The position numbers and the translations under genes were made by a program. From positions 28,938 to 92,937 of the forward strand of contig JBGVRX010000017.1 in assembly GCA_045128835.1 (NCBI GenBank): a stretch of 64,000 nucleotides of DNA, written 5' to 3'. This document shows positions 1 through 7,944 of this stretch, one piece after another. The notes beneath the pieces are model-generated. The model was given only the letters and a program-made list of their open reading frames with translations, did no database searches and was not told the origin of the DNA. The stretch comes from Bacilli bacterium (GTDB lineage Bacteria > Bacillota_I > Bacilli_A > RFN20 > DUOF01). The first letter of the stretch is position 1. Every line of letters starts with the position of its first letter.

Positions 1-26
1 GAAAAGAAAAATTAATAACAAAAAAA

Positions 27-60
27 GTTATAGACATCAATCTATAACTTTTTTATTTTA
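27..60 (-). terminator. Rho-independent terminator after rubrerythrin. Hairpin GTTATAG-N8-CTATAAC is flanked by an A-run and a T-run, so it is bidirectional in shape.
   Basis: 7-bp perfect inverted repeat at about 27–48 with a T-tract on the plus side and an A-tract on the other side, immediately downstream of the stop at 77. Confidence 0.5.
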
Positions 61-76
61 TTGTTTTTTGTTTATA

Positions 77-610
77 TTAATAGTTTGCTTTTCTAATCTC
101 AAAATATGCTTTAGGATGAGCACATACTGGACAAACCTCAGGAGCTTTTTCTCCTACGTGGATATGTCCACAGTTACGGCATTCCCAAATACAGATTCCT
201 GCTTTTTGGAAAACTTGTCCGTCTGTCAAATTTTTAAGTAATGCTCTATATCTTTCTTCGTGTGCTTTCTCAATAGCAGCAACGCCTCTAAATTGAGCTG
301 CTAAGCGTGCAAAGCCTTCTTCTTCAGCTTCTTTAGCGAATTGGTCATACATTTCTGTCCATTCGTAATTTTCGCCTTCAGCAGCAGCTTCTAAGTTTTT
401 AGCAGTATCTTGTAATTCACCTAATGCTTTAAACCACATTTTAGCGTGCTCTTTTTCGTTATTAGCAGTTTCTTCAAAGATTGCAGCGATTTGCTCATAT
501 CCTTCTTTTTTTGCTACGCTAGCGAAATAAGTATATTTATTTCTAGCTTGAGATTCTCCAGCAAAAGCAGTTAATAAATTTTTCTCTGTTTTTGATCCTT
601 TTAATTCCAT
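77..610 (-). CDS. rbr: Rubrerythrin (ferritin-like diiron domain plus C-terminal rubredoxin-like CxxC…CxxC)
   Basis: [18 protein letters not shown]…[12 protein letters not shown] are ferritin-like diiron motifs. The C-terminus has [20 protein letters not shown]. Start was moved to M25 of the track ORF (ATG at 608–610), which is preceded by GGGAGGAAAAAAC; the track's N-terminal extension has no RBS. Confidence 0.9.
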   Translation of the reverse strand: MELKGSKTEKNLLTAFAGESQARNKYTYFASVAKKEGYEQIAAIFEETANNEKEHAKMWFKALGELQDTAKNLEAAAEGENYEWTEMYDQFAKEAEEEGFARLAAQFRGVAAIEKAHEERYRALLKNLTDGQVFQKAGICIWECRNCGHIHVGEKAPEVCPVCAHPKAYFEIRKANY

Positions 611-711
611 GTTTTTTCCTCCCTTTTGTGAATTGACATCACTACTAAAATAATAATATATCAGCCCATTATTTTGCAACAAAAAATCTTTTTTATAATT
701 AAAAATTATAT

Positions 712-738
712 ATAAAAAAGGCAGTTTCCTGCCTTTTT
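712..738 (-). terminator. Terminator hairpin GGCAG-TTTC-CTGCC between A and T runs, downstream of the SPFH gene
   Basis: aaaaaaGGCAGTTTCCTGCCttttt at about 714–738, directly after the stop at 765. Confidence 0.5.
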
Positions 739-764
739 GTTAATTTGTTTTGTCATATAAAATT

Positions 765-1550
765 TTATTTGTTTGTTAATTTATCTACAATCTTTTTAGC
801 CATATCTTCTTTATTACCTTCAAATGCTCTAAGAACCTCTATTGGTAATGCAAAAATAATTGTATTAGATTGATCTGAAGATATATCGTTTATTGTTGAT
901 AACGTTCTAAGATGTAATGCTCCTGGAGCCATAGATAAGTTAGTAGCAGCCTCCGCTAAGTTTTTACTTGCTTCTAATTCTCCGCTAGCTTTAGTAATAA
1001 CAGCAGCTTTTTCTCTTTCTGCCTCTGCAACTTTAGCCATAACTCTCTTCATTTCTTCTGGTAAAGCAACATCTTTCAATTCAACATTCTCAATCTTTAC
1101 GCCCCAAGCATCTGTAGCCTTATCTACGATTGAACATATATTGCTAGAGATTGAATCTCTTTCAGTCAACAACTCATCAAGAGTTACACTACCAACAATA
1201 TTTCTCATTGTAGTTTGTGCCAATTGAGATACAGCATAATCATATCTTTGAACAGACAATACCGCTTTTTTTGCATCAAATATGTTGTAATAAATAACAG
1301 CATTTATTTTTATTGATATGTTATCCTTTGTGATTGTATCTTGTTCAGGAACATCAATAACCTTAGTTCTAACATCAATCTTTCTAAGTGATTGAAATAT
1401 CGGCCATATAATATGCCATCCTGAATCTAAAGTTTTACTATATTTTCCTCTAGTAAACTTTATCCCTTTCTCATATTCATCAATTTGTCTAATAGACGTA
1501 AGTACGACAATAAACGCTACAATAGCTAAAATAATCACAAGAACCCCCAT
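765..1550 (-). CDS. SPFH/band-7 (stomatin/prohibitin-like) membrane protein
   Basis: N-terminal TM helix followed by a typical SPFH core (VRTKVIDVPEQDTITKDNISIKINAVIYYNI…) and a C-terminal coiled-coil AEAEREKAA. RBS AAGGGGGA is upstream. Confidence 0.8.
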   Translation of the reverse strand: MGVLVIILAIVAFIVVLTSIRQIDEYEKGIKFTRGKYSKTLDSGWHIIWPIFQSLRKIDVRTKVIDVPEQDTITKDNISIKINAVIYYNIFDAKKAVLSVQRYDYAVSQLAQTTMRNIVGSVTLDELLTERDSISSNICSIVDKATDAWGVKIENVELKDVALPEEMKRVMAKVAEAEREKAAVITKASGELEASKNLAEAATNLSMAPGALHLRTLSTINDISSDQSNTIIFALPIEVLRAFEGNKEDMAKKIVDKLTNK

Positions 1551-1628
1551 TTTTTATCCCCCTTTTCCTATTATTACTTATATAATACCTTTTTATTTTC
1601 ATTTAATCTACTTTTCACTATTTTTTAA

Positions 1629-1654
1629 TAGAAAAAAGGTTACTTATAGTAACC
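1629..1654 (-). terminator. Terminator hairpin GGTTACT-TAT-AGTAACC overlapping the cotJC stop codon, followed by UUUUUUC on the transcript
   Basis: Perfect 7-bp stem at about 1638–1654, with a T-run on the minus-strand side (plus-strand aaaaaa at about 1632–1637). Confidence 0.55.
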
Positions 1655-2203
1655 TTTCGTCTTGTATTCATCATACAATTCTTTGAATCTTTGGAAATGA
1701 ACTATCTCTCTTTGCCTTAGCCACTCTAGCGGTCTTAATATTTCAGGATTCTCTGTTAAATTCATTAGATTTTCATATACGGCACGAGCCTTTTCTTCGG
1801 CGGCCATATCTTCACTTAAATCAGCTAAAGGATCTCCAGTTGTAGAAAAATAAGAAGCAGTCCAAGGAACACCACTCGCATTAACAGGATATAATCCCAT
1901 ACCATGGTCTGCATAACGAGCGTCTAAACCTGCTGCTTTTAACTCTTCTACAGTTGCCCCTTTAGTTAACTGATGAACCATTGTACATATCATCTCGACA
2001 TGCGCTAATTCTTCTGTTCCTATGTCTGTAAGCAGCGCTTTACCCTTATCATCCGGCATTGTATATCTTTGATTTAAATACCTTATCGCAGCCCCTAGTT
2101 CTCCTTCTGGTCCACCATATTGTGTTATAAGAATCTTAGCAAAGTTTAAATCCCTTCTTTTTATATCAATAGGGAATTGTAATTTTTTACTATAATCAAA
2201 CAT
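1640..2203 (-). CDS. cotJC: CotJC-type manganese-catalase-family spore coat protein
   Basis: Near-complete match to the CotJC signature (LITQYGGPEGELGAAIRYLNQRYTMPD…LLTDIGTEELAHVEMI…AAEEKARAVYENL). RBS GGTGA is 6 nt upstream, inside the end of the preceding gene. Confidence 0.88.
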   Translation of the reverse strand: MFDYSKKLQFPIDIKRRDLNFAKILITQYGGPEGELGAAIRYLNQRYTMPDDKGKALLTDIGTEELAHVEMICTMVHQLTKGATVEELKAAGLDARYADHGMGLYPVNASGVPWTASYFSTTGDPLADLSEDMAAEEKARAVYENLMNLTENPEILRPLEWLRQREIVHFQRFKELYDEYKTKGYYK

Positions 2204-2205
2204 AT

Positions 2206-2667
2206 CTATTCACCATCCCACGGCCATACAGTTTTATTCCAAGGCCAATATCCCACATTAGTTTCCACATTTTCCAAACATAACGCTCCATACTTCTCTT
2301 CATACTCACTCTTAGCCTTCTTGTATGAATTTCTATATTGATTAAAAAGCATCATTACATTTCTATCCATTGGATGTGTATTCAAATATAAATTCAAATC
2401 CCACATAGCAAAACCATACTTTTGAGCCTCCAAAAGAAGTTTTTGCCTTTCGTTATAAGTTTGAGGATTTTGAGGGTTTGTTAGTTTATAAGGCTTGTAT
2501 ATATTGACCTGCATATTTCCTTTAGAAAAGCCTTCTGTTGGGCTGAAAAAGGTATCCATTCTTTCGTTATTAACAGGCATCAATGAATAGTCATTTCTAT
2601 AATCTTTTGATTGATATCGATCGTATGAATATCCATTAAAACAATCATCATAATACATATCGTTCAT
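2206..2667 (-). CDS. cotJB: CotJB-domain protein, probably a CotJA–CotJB fusion
   Basis: C-terminal half carries the CotJB signature (MWDLNLYLNTHPMD). At 153 aa it is about twice the length of canonical CotJB, consistent with an N-terminal CotJA-like extension. It is 2 nt upstream of cotJC (TAG-AT-ATG). Confidence 0.65.
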   Translation of the reverse strand: MNDMYYDDCFNGYSYDRYQSKDYRNDYSLMPVNNERMDTFFSPTEGFSKGNMQVNIYKPYKLTNPQNPQTYNERQKLLLEAQKYGFAMWDLNLYLNTHPMDRNVMMLFNQYRNSYKKAKSEYEEKYGALCLENVETNVGYWPWNKTVWPWDGE

Positions 2668-2757
2668 TTTTTCATTTCCTTTCTTTCTCTATTAATATAT
2701 TAGAGAAAAGAAATGTGGTATAGGCTAAAATAAAAAAGAGACATTTCTGCCTCATTA

Positions 2758-3594
2758 TTATTTGACTAATTCTCTAAATACTTGAGGAACATCTGTTTTA
2801 AATGAATATGCTTTATCGCCATACTTAAAACTAATTTCCTTAGCGTGCAAGCACAATCTTTTTAACGGATCACTTGTAGAGCCATATACTTTATCTCCAA
2901 CCAAAACGTTACCATTATCTTTAAAATGCACTCTTATTTGATGTTTTCTTCCCGTTAACAAGTTAATGTCTACCAATGTATATTTTGTAGAAGCCTTAAG
3001 TACTGTATATTCTGTTATTGCCAATTTTGCATCCCTATCTTTTGAAGAATATACCATTCTGTTTTTTCCTTCTTTTAAGTAAGATTTTAATGTGCCACGT
3101 TCATTCTTTAGTGAGCCTTCTACTACTGCAACATAACCTCTTCTATCAACAAGTTCATTCCATTTATCTTGTAGTTCATTCTTTACTTTCTCGCTTTTAC
3201 AGAACACCAAAACTCCTGATGTATCTTTATCCAATCTATGTAAAACAAACACTTTATTTCTTTTATCATTCTGTTTTATATACTTACTAACTTCAACATA
3301 AGCTGTTTTATCTTTTTCTTTATCTGTCGCTACAGTTAATAGTCCGTAAGGTTTATTTATTGCAATAAACAAATCATCTTCATATATTATCTTTAATCCA
3401 CAATTATCTTTTTTACCTTCAAAACTTATCTTGTCTCCTACCTTTAATAAATAATCATATTTTGTAACAACTTTACCATTAACTACAATTTGCTTGTTAG
3501 TTAATAAATTTTTAACATTGTTCCTAGATAGTTTATTAAACTTTTTCAACAAGAATACTAATAACTCTGATTCTTCCTTAATTATTTCTTCCAT
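2758..3594 (-). CDS. RluA-family (RluD/RluC-like) 23S rRNA pseudouridine synthase with N-terminal S4-like domain
   Basis: HRLDKDTSGVLVF catalytic-Asp motif and a C-terminal RVHF…GDKVYG region. The track ORF starts at a GTG (3603) that overlaps the upstream stop. ATG at 3592–3594 with AAGGTGAT upstream is preferred. Confidence 0.8.
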   Translation of the reverse strand: MEEIIKEESELLVFLLKKFNKLSRNNVKNLLTNKQIVVNGKVVTKYDYLLKVGDKISFEGKKDNCGLKIIYEDDLFIAINKPYGLLTVATDKEKDKTAYVEVSKYIKQNDKRNKVFVLHRLDKDTSGVLVFCKSEKVKNELQDKWNELVDRRGYVAVVEGSLKNERGTLKSYLKEGKNRMVYSSKDRDAKLAITEYTVLKASTKYTLVDINLLTGRKHQIRVHFKDNGNVLVGDKVYGSTSDPLKRLCLHAKEISFKYGDKAYSFKTDVPQVFRELVK

Positions 3595-3599
3595 ACCAA

Positions 3600-4748
3600 T
3601 CACCTTTTGAAAAATATTCTACCTATTAAAGGTCTTTTAGATTTACTGATTGCATTAACTGGGCAAACTTCAGTACAGCACCAACATCTTATACACTTAT
3701 TTTTACTAACAGTTGGAGTTTTGCCTTTTTCCATACTTATTGCTTGAGGTGGACAAATCTTTTTACATTCACCACATTTCACACATGTTTTTTTATCAAA
3801 CTTAGGATGTTCCAAAACTAAATTCTTAATATTATATTTGTTCACTAATTTTAAACTTCTAATTCCAACTTCTTCTATTTTAGCAGGTTCAAATTTAATG
3901 TCTTTAAATAGCGATAAATCATCTCCGACTATCTTAATGTTTTCTAAATTAAATTCTCCTAACCCTCTGTTGTTTGTGATGATAGAAATAAAGCTTTTAC
4001 TACTATCCAACTTAACAATTTCCATGGCAACCCTATCTAATGCTACCGCATCTTTACTTGACAACAATACATTGGCTTCTTTCTTGCTTCCTCCAGTTGA
4101 TGGACCTTCGCCTTCTAATCCTTCAATACCATCCATTAAATTAACGAATATTTTATTCTTCATCTCTTTTTTTATCGCACTGTACAAATCAGTCATTGCT
4201 TCACCAAACTCTAATGGCGTTGATGATTTTACATGCCATTGAGCTTTTTCTAAACCATAAATAGTTCCAAACAAGTTTTTCTCTGCTCCAGTAAAATAAG
4301 CTAGCCCATGCGTTTTTAGTTTAGGCATATTAACTAAAATATCTGCTTCAACTATTTGCTTAGAAACATTAAATTCTTTGTAACGTTTATAATTATCTGA
4401 CTCAATTACTTTTAGTTCACTATTAGCAGCTATTTCAACTCCTTCTTCTTCAACAACAGAAAGCGTTCCATTAACCTTATAAACCAATTTCATATCCTTT
4501 GTCGCTGGGTTATCTCCAACTATAATTCTAACGCCATACTTTTTAAAATAACGTATTGCAGCGCGCACTACCTCAGGATGAGTTGTTATGGCCCTACTTG
4601 CTGGATGAGGCGACAATGCATTTGTTTTTAGAAAAACAACCATTCCTTCTCTTATAACTTCACCATTTTTTAGAACACTATTTAATAAATAATCCACTTT
4701 ATCTTGGATATCATTATAATCTTTACTGTATTTAACATATACTTCCAT
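3600..4748 (-). CDS. DUF362-family protein with C-terminal 2×[4Fe-4S] ferredoxin domain
   Basis: C-terminus has CVKCGECKKICP … CIRCWCCTEVCP (two CxxCxxCxxxCP clusters). The N-terminal about 300 aa match DUF362 architecture (recalled from memory). A strong RBS GGAGGATTTTAT lies before the ATG. Confidence 0.6.
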   Translation of the reverse strand: MEVYVKYSKDYNDIQDKVDYLLNSVLKNGEVIREGMVVFLKTNALSPHPASRAITTHPEVVRAAIRYFKKYGVRIIVGDNPATKDMKLVYKVNGTLSVVEEEGVEIAANSELKVIESDNYKRYKEFNVSKQIVEADILVNMPKLKTHGLAYFTGAEKNLFGTIYGLEKAQWHVKSSTPLEFGEAMTDLYSAIKKEMKNKIFVNLMDGIEGLEGEGPSTGGSKKEANVLLSSKDAVALDRVAMEIVKLDSSKSFISIITNNRGLGEFNLENIKIVGDDLSLFKDIKFEPAKIEEVGIRSLKLVNKYNIKNLVLEHPKFDKKTCVKCGECKKICPPQAISMEKGKTPTVSKNKCIRCWCCTEVCPVNAISKSKRPLIGRIFFKR

Positions 4749-4791
4749 ATAAAATCCTCCTTAAAATAAAAAAGCCCGAAGGCTTAATTTA

Positions 4792-5025
4792 TTATTTAAC
4801 TTGTAAATAGTGAATAATAACTGATAGCAAGAAAAATATCATACCTAAAACTAATGTAATTCTTGCTAAAATAACTTCAGGTCCTCTTTCTTTATTGTCT
4901 ACAAAGACATTTAGATTTCCACCTGTGATTGCTCCACTTGCACCATCTGATTTACCGCTTTGTAATAAAGATATTATTATAAGCAAAACTGAAACAATTA
5001 AAAATATTATATTTAACGCTGTCAT
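4792..5025 (-). CDS. secG: Preprotein translocase subunit SecG
   Basis: MTALNIIFLIVSVLLIIISLLQSGKSDGASGAITGG plus a second TM helix, 77 aa. Start moved to M16 of the track ORF, preceded by AAAGGAGGAATATTA. Confidence 0.85.
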   Translation of the reverse strand: MTALNIIFLIVSVLLIIISLLQSGKSDGASGAITGGNLNVFVDNKERGPEVILARITLVLGMIFFLLSVIIHYLQVK

Positions 5026-5068
5026 TAATATTCCTCCTTTATATCTGGACTTGTTTATTATAACAAAC

Positions 5069-5100
5069 ATACACTTAAAAGTGTATAAAAATTTATTTTT
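5069..5100 (-). terminator. Hairpin ATACACTT-AA-AAGTGTAT between the lipoprotein operon and secG, with only a weak U-tract
   Basis: Perfect 8-bp palindrome at about 5069–5086. A/T runs flank it but the minus-strand T-tract is interrupted. Confidence 0.3.
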
Positions 5101-5105
5101 TTATC

Positions 5106-5690
5106 TTAATAATAGTTTTCTAAATGATAATCAAAAATAGCCTTAACAATTGAAACTACATTGCTCGCAGAAATAGTTCCTCCAGTAATCAAATCAGAAT
5201 TGATTCCCTCAATACTTTTATAATTACCGTATCCATTTTCCGCTACTTGAGAAACAAAGTCATACTTTGCATATTTCAACTTAGTTAATAGTTCGTTTTC
5301 TATGCCTGTATAGTATTCTTTTTTAATAGCTTCTTTATAATCTCCCCAAAGGCCAACATTAAATTCCACTTCATTTTCTGTTATTGTTGAATAAGATATA
5401 TTTCTAATTAAAGCCTCTTCTTTACTTCCTTTATTTGTTATCTCAATATAAATAACATTTATATAGTTTACAGAAGGATCGCTACAAACATAAGAAGTGT
5501 ACGCTACTTGATATTTAGTATATGTTTTGTTTGAATATTCCCATAAAATATTAGCATCTAGTTTTTCACTACCGCCACCTCTTAAATAGTGAGTATATTC
5601 AATAGTATTAGTATCTTTTTTATTACACGAACATCCACCAATTACAATAAGCGTGAAAAATAGCACAAATATTACGCTTAATTTTTTCAT
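5106..5690 (-). CDS. Lipoprotein of unknown function (third gene of the lipoprotein operon)
   Basis: Signal peptide MKKLSVIFVLFFTLIVIGGCSC with a lipobox-like GGC. Stop–start spacing TAA-T-ATG with the upstream gene. Confidence 0.7.
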   Translation of the reverse strand: MKKLSVIFVLFFTLIVIGGCSCNKKDTNTIEYTHYLRGGGSEKLDANILWEYSNKTYTKYQVAYTSYVCSDPSVNYINVIYIEITNKGSKEEALIRNISYSTITENEVEFNVGLWGDYKEAIKKEYYTGIENELLTKLKYAKYDFVSQVAENGYGNYKSIEGINSDLITGGTISASNVVSIVKAIFDYHLENYY

Positions 5691-5691
5691 A

Positions 5692-6432
5692 TTATTCTCC
5701 CTTAGGTGTTAGATATTTTAATGTCGTATCTATTGCCATATAATTTGCATTATAGAAAGAATAGAATTGTTCTTCATAAGCGCCTTGAACTTCTCCATCA
5801 TAGTAACTAACCAATTCAACTGAATGTTCTCCAGTATATGCCCAGAAGCCACCTAAATTATAAACTTTTGATGCATCATATCCTAACTTAACAAGAATTT
5901 GCTTTGTCATCCAAGCATATCCTCCGCCCCCACACATAAGGAAAATCAATTTATCCTTTGGGAATATCTCTTCTAAAACATATTTAGATTCAACGTAATT
6001 CTCACTTATAGATTCAATCTCTCCATTATCTTTCCAAACAACATTAAACAAAGGAGTATATCCTAAATCCTTACCTTGATAATCTTCTAATACACCCGGA
6101 GGCAACATTCCTTCCCACAAATTAGCGATATAAGGTAATGATGAAATTCTAAAGCCTTCAATAGTTGCAGTAAGCATACCACTACTAGTTGGAGTCAAAT
6201 CATCATATCCTTGAGAATCAACCAATAATCTCATATCTCTATACGCAACATTTTCCAAATTCAAATAATTATCAATAGTGCCAACATTTATATTTTCATC
6301 AACACCGAAACTTTGACTATTCATATCAAAAACTCCAGCACTTGCCTCAGGAATTTCTGTTTTCTTACAAGAACACCCAAACAAACCTAAACTAATAACT
6401 CCTACACATAATAGTGACATTATTTTTTTCAT
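5692..6432 (-). CDS. Lipoprotein with C-terminal rhodanese-like domain
   Basis: Leader MKKIMSLLCVGVISLGLFGCSCKKTE. C-terminal LIFLMCGGGGYAWMTKQILVKLGYDASKVYNLGGFWAY matches the rhodanese active-site loop plus the …G(Y/F)-nV-ynL-GG-xaW tail. TAATG overlap with the upstream gene. Confidence 0.7.
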   Translation of the reverse strand: MKKIMSLLCVGVISLGLFGCSCKKTEIPEASAGVFDMNSQSFGVDENINVGTIDNYLNLENVAYRDMRLLVDSQGYDDLTPTSSGMLTATIEGFRISSLPYIANLWEGMLPPGVLEDYQGKDLGYTPLFNVVWKDNGEIESISENYVESKYVLEEIFPKDKLIFLMCGGGGYAWMTKQILVKLGYDASKVYNLGGFWAYTGEHSVELVSYYDGEVQGAYEEQFYSFYNANYMAIDTTLKYLTPKGE

Positions 6433-6926
6433 TAATTATTCCCCCATTCAATATGTTCTTCCATCCATGATTTTACTGTTTCAACATTCGCTTCTGCGTC
6501 ATTTGATAATTTCATTAGTTCTTTATAAGCAATAGAACCTTCACTAACAATAACCAAATATGGAGTTGTATTTACACCGTTCTTATATAAATCATGTTTA
6601 TCTGAAACTTTGGAATAATCAAGAGTGTACACAACAAGATTCGTGTCTTCAACATATTCTTTAAGGGCTGGTGCTAATAAAGAACAACCATAACAACCTT
6701 GTGCATAAACAAATAACAAGAAATTATCCCCTTCACTAACTTTAGAATCATACGCAGAAGTACTATCTAATTCTTTAGAAAGTAAACCATAATTATTATA
6801 TAAATACGTTGATGATTCACTTTGTGTTGGTACCGTTTCATAATCTAATTTAAATGTTTCTGTTTTCTTACAAGAACATCCAACAACACCCACTAACATC
6901 ATTATAAATAAAATTATTTTTTTCAT
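6432..6926 (-). CDS. Lipoprotein with thioredoxin-like CxxC domain
   Basis: Leader MKKIILFIMMLVGVVGCSCKKTE. FLLFVYAQGCYGCSLLAPALKEY is a Trx-fold CxxC (CYGC). Start taken at MKKIIL (ATG at 6926, RBS AAGGAG 10 nt upstream) rather than the track's 6956. Confidence 0.65.
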   Translation of the reverse strand: MKKIILFIMMLVGVVGCSCKKTETFKLDYETVPTQSESSTYLYNNYGLLSKELDSTSAYDSKVSEGDNFLLFVYAQGCYGCSLLAPALKEYVEDTNLVVYTLDYSKVSDKHDLYKNGVNTTPYLVIVSEGSIAYKELMKLSNDAEANVETVKSWMEEHIEWGNN

Positions 6927-6927
6927 T

Positions 6928-7425
6928 TTATTCACGCTCCTTCTTTGGTTTAACAAAGTTATTTTTTATTAATATATTTTTAAATTCATCTACATTTTTC
7001 AATTTAGACTTACTAACAACAAGTGCCGCTTCATTGCTTAAATATAAATAGAAATTCAACTTATCTTGCTTAACGAAACTAATATCCGTATATGAATATT
7101 CACCTTCGTTTACTGCTCCATTTTTTCTAATAACTTTTTCACGAATTTTATCTTCAGTTATCGTTTGTTCAATTCTAACTATATCTCTCATAAAATTAAC
7201 TTTTTTAGCGTTGTCTGTAATATTCTTTTTCATTATATAATACGCCGCTATCGCTGCTGCAAAGGCTAGAACAAAATTAAAATACATATCATCATCTATA
7301 ATTACTCCAACTACAAACCCGATAATTGCCGATACCAATGAAGCAATCAACATCAACTTCTTATTTTTATTTGCGTTAAGCTGCAATATTAACAACTTAT
7401 ATTCTTCTCCACTATACTCTATCAT
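6928..7425 (-). CDS. YcxB-like membrane protein (paralog 2)
   Basis: Two N-terminal TM helices, then FYLYLSNEAALVVSKSKL… (YcxB-like PH-type domain, recalled from memory). ATGA overlap with the upstream paralog. Confidence 0.55.
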   Translation of the reverse strand: MIEYSGEEYKLLILQLNANKNKKLMLIASLVSAIIGFVVGVIIDDDMYFNFVLAFAAAIAAYYIMKKNITDNAKKVNFMRDIVRIEQTITEDKIREKVIRKNGAVNEGEYSYTDISFVKQDKLNFYLYLSNEAALVVSKSKLKNVDEFKNILIKNNFVKPKKERE

Positions 7426-7940
7426 TTCTCATACTCCTTGACTTTAATACCTTTAGAATTAATTAAACTAATATATTCTTCTCTATTTAAATATATATCT
7501 TTGAATAAGGGAATGGCAACAGCTTCATTCAAAAACAAATAAAAATATTCTTTAGTTTCTACAACCTTTAAAATATCCTTGTATTCAAAACATTTTTCTT
7601 CCGTTTTGAAATCTGATTTATGAAATCTAATAACTACGTTTTCTTCATAAATTTGTTCAACCTTTTCCACATCAAATACATGTCTTTTACTTACAAACAA
7701 AGAGGCAATTATCCCAATCAAAATAAAGAACATGACAATAAGAACTAAATAAATAACTCGCAAAAAAATCTCTTTCATTCCCGATAAAACAAAACACAAA
7801 GAAATAAGCGCAGCTATACTAATAACAAACACCATAACACAATTTCTTAATGAGCCTTTTTTTAATTCTTCTTTATAATAAACTTTCAAAAAATTTTGAA
7901 GACCTTTATTATAATCTTTACCACTTACAACAAACTTCAT
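7422..7940 (-). CDS. YcxB-like membrane protein (paralog 1)
   Basis: Same architecture (two TM helices plus FYLFLNEAVAIPLFKD…). It sits 4 nt after the uvrB stop. Confidence 0.55.
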   Translation of the reverse strand: MKFVVSGKDYNKGLQNFLKVYYKEELKKGSLRNCVMVFVISIAALISLCFVLSGMKEIFLRVIYLVLIVMFFILIGIIASLFVSKRHVFDVEKVEQIYEENVVIRFHKSDFKTEEKCFEYKDILKVVETKEYFYLFLNEAVAIPLFKDIYLNREEYISLINSKGIKVKEYEK

Positions 7941-7944
7941 TTTA

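Noticed and set aside
3018-3290. Short plus-strand ORFs from the track (3018–3290, 3838–4242, 4895–5140, 8053–8238, 12993–13388, 13558–13752, 15487–15675, 15965–16207, 18059–18256) lying antisense to well-supported genes
   Set aside because: They are Ile/Leu/Phe/Ser-rich low-complexity translations typical of the antisense frame of AT-rich coding DNA. They have no RBS and each is fully embedded in a strongly supported minus-strand CDS.
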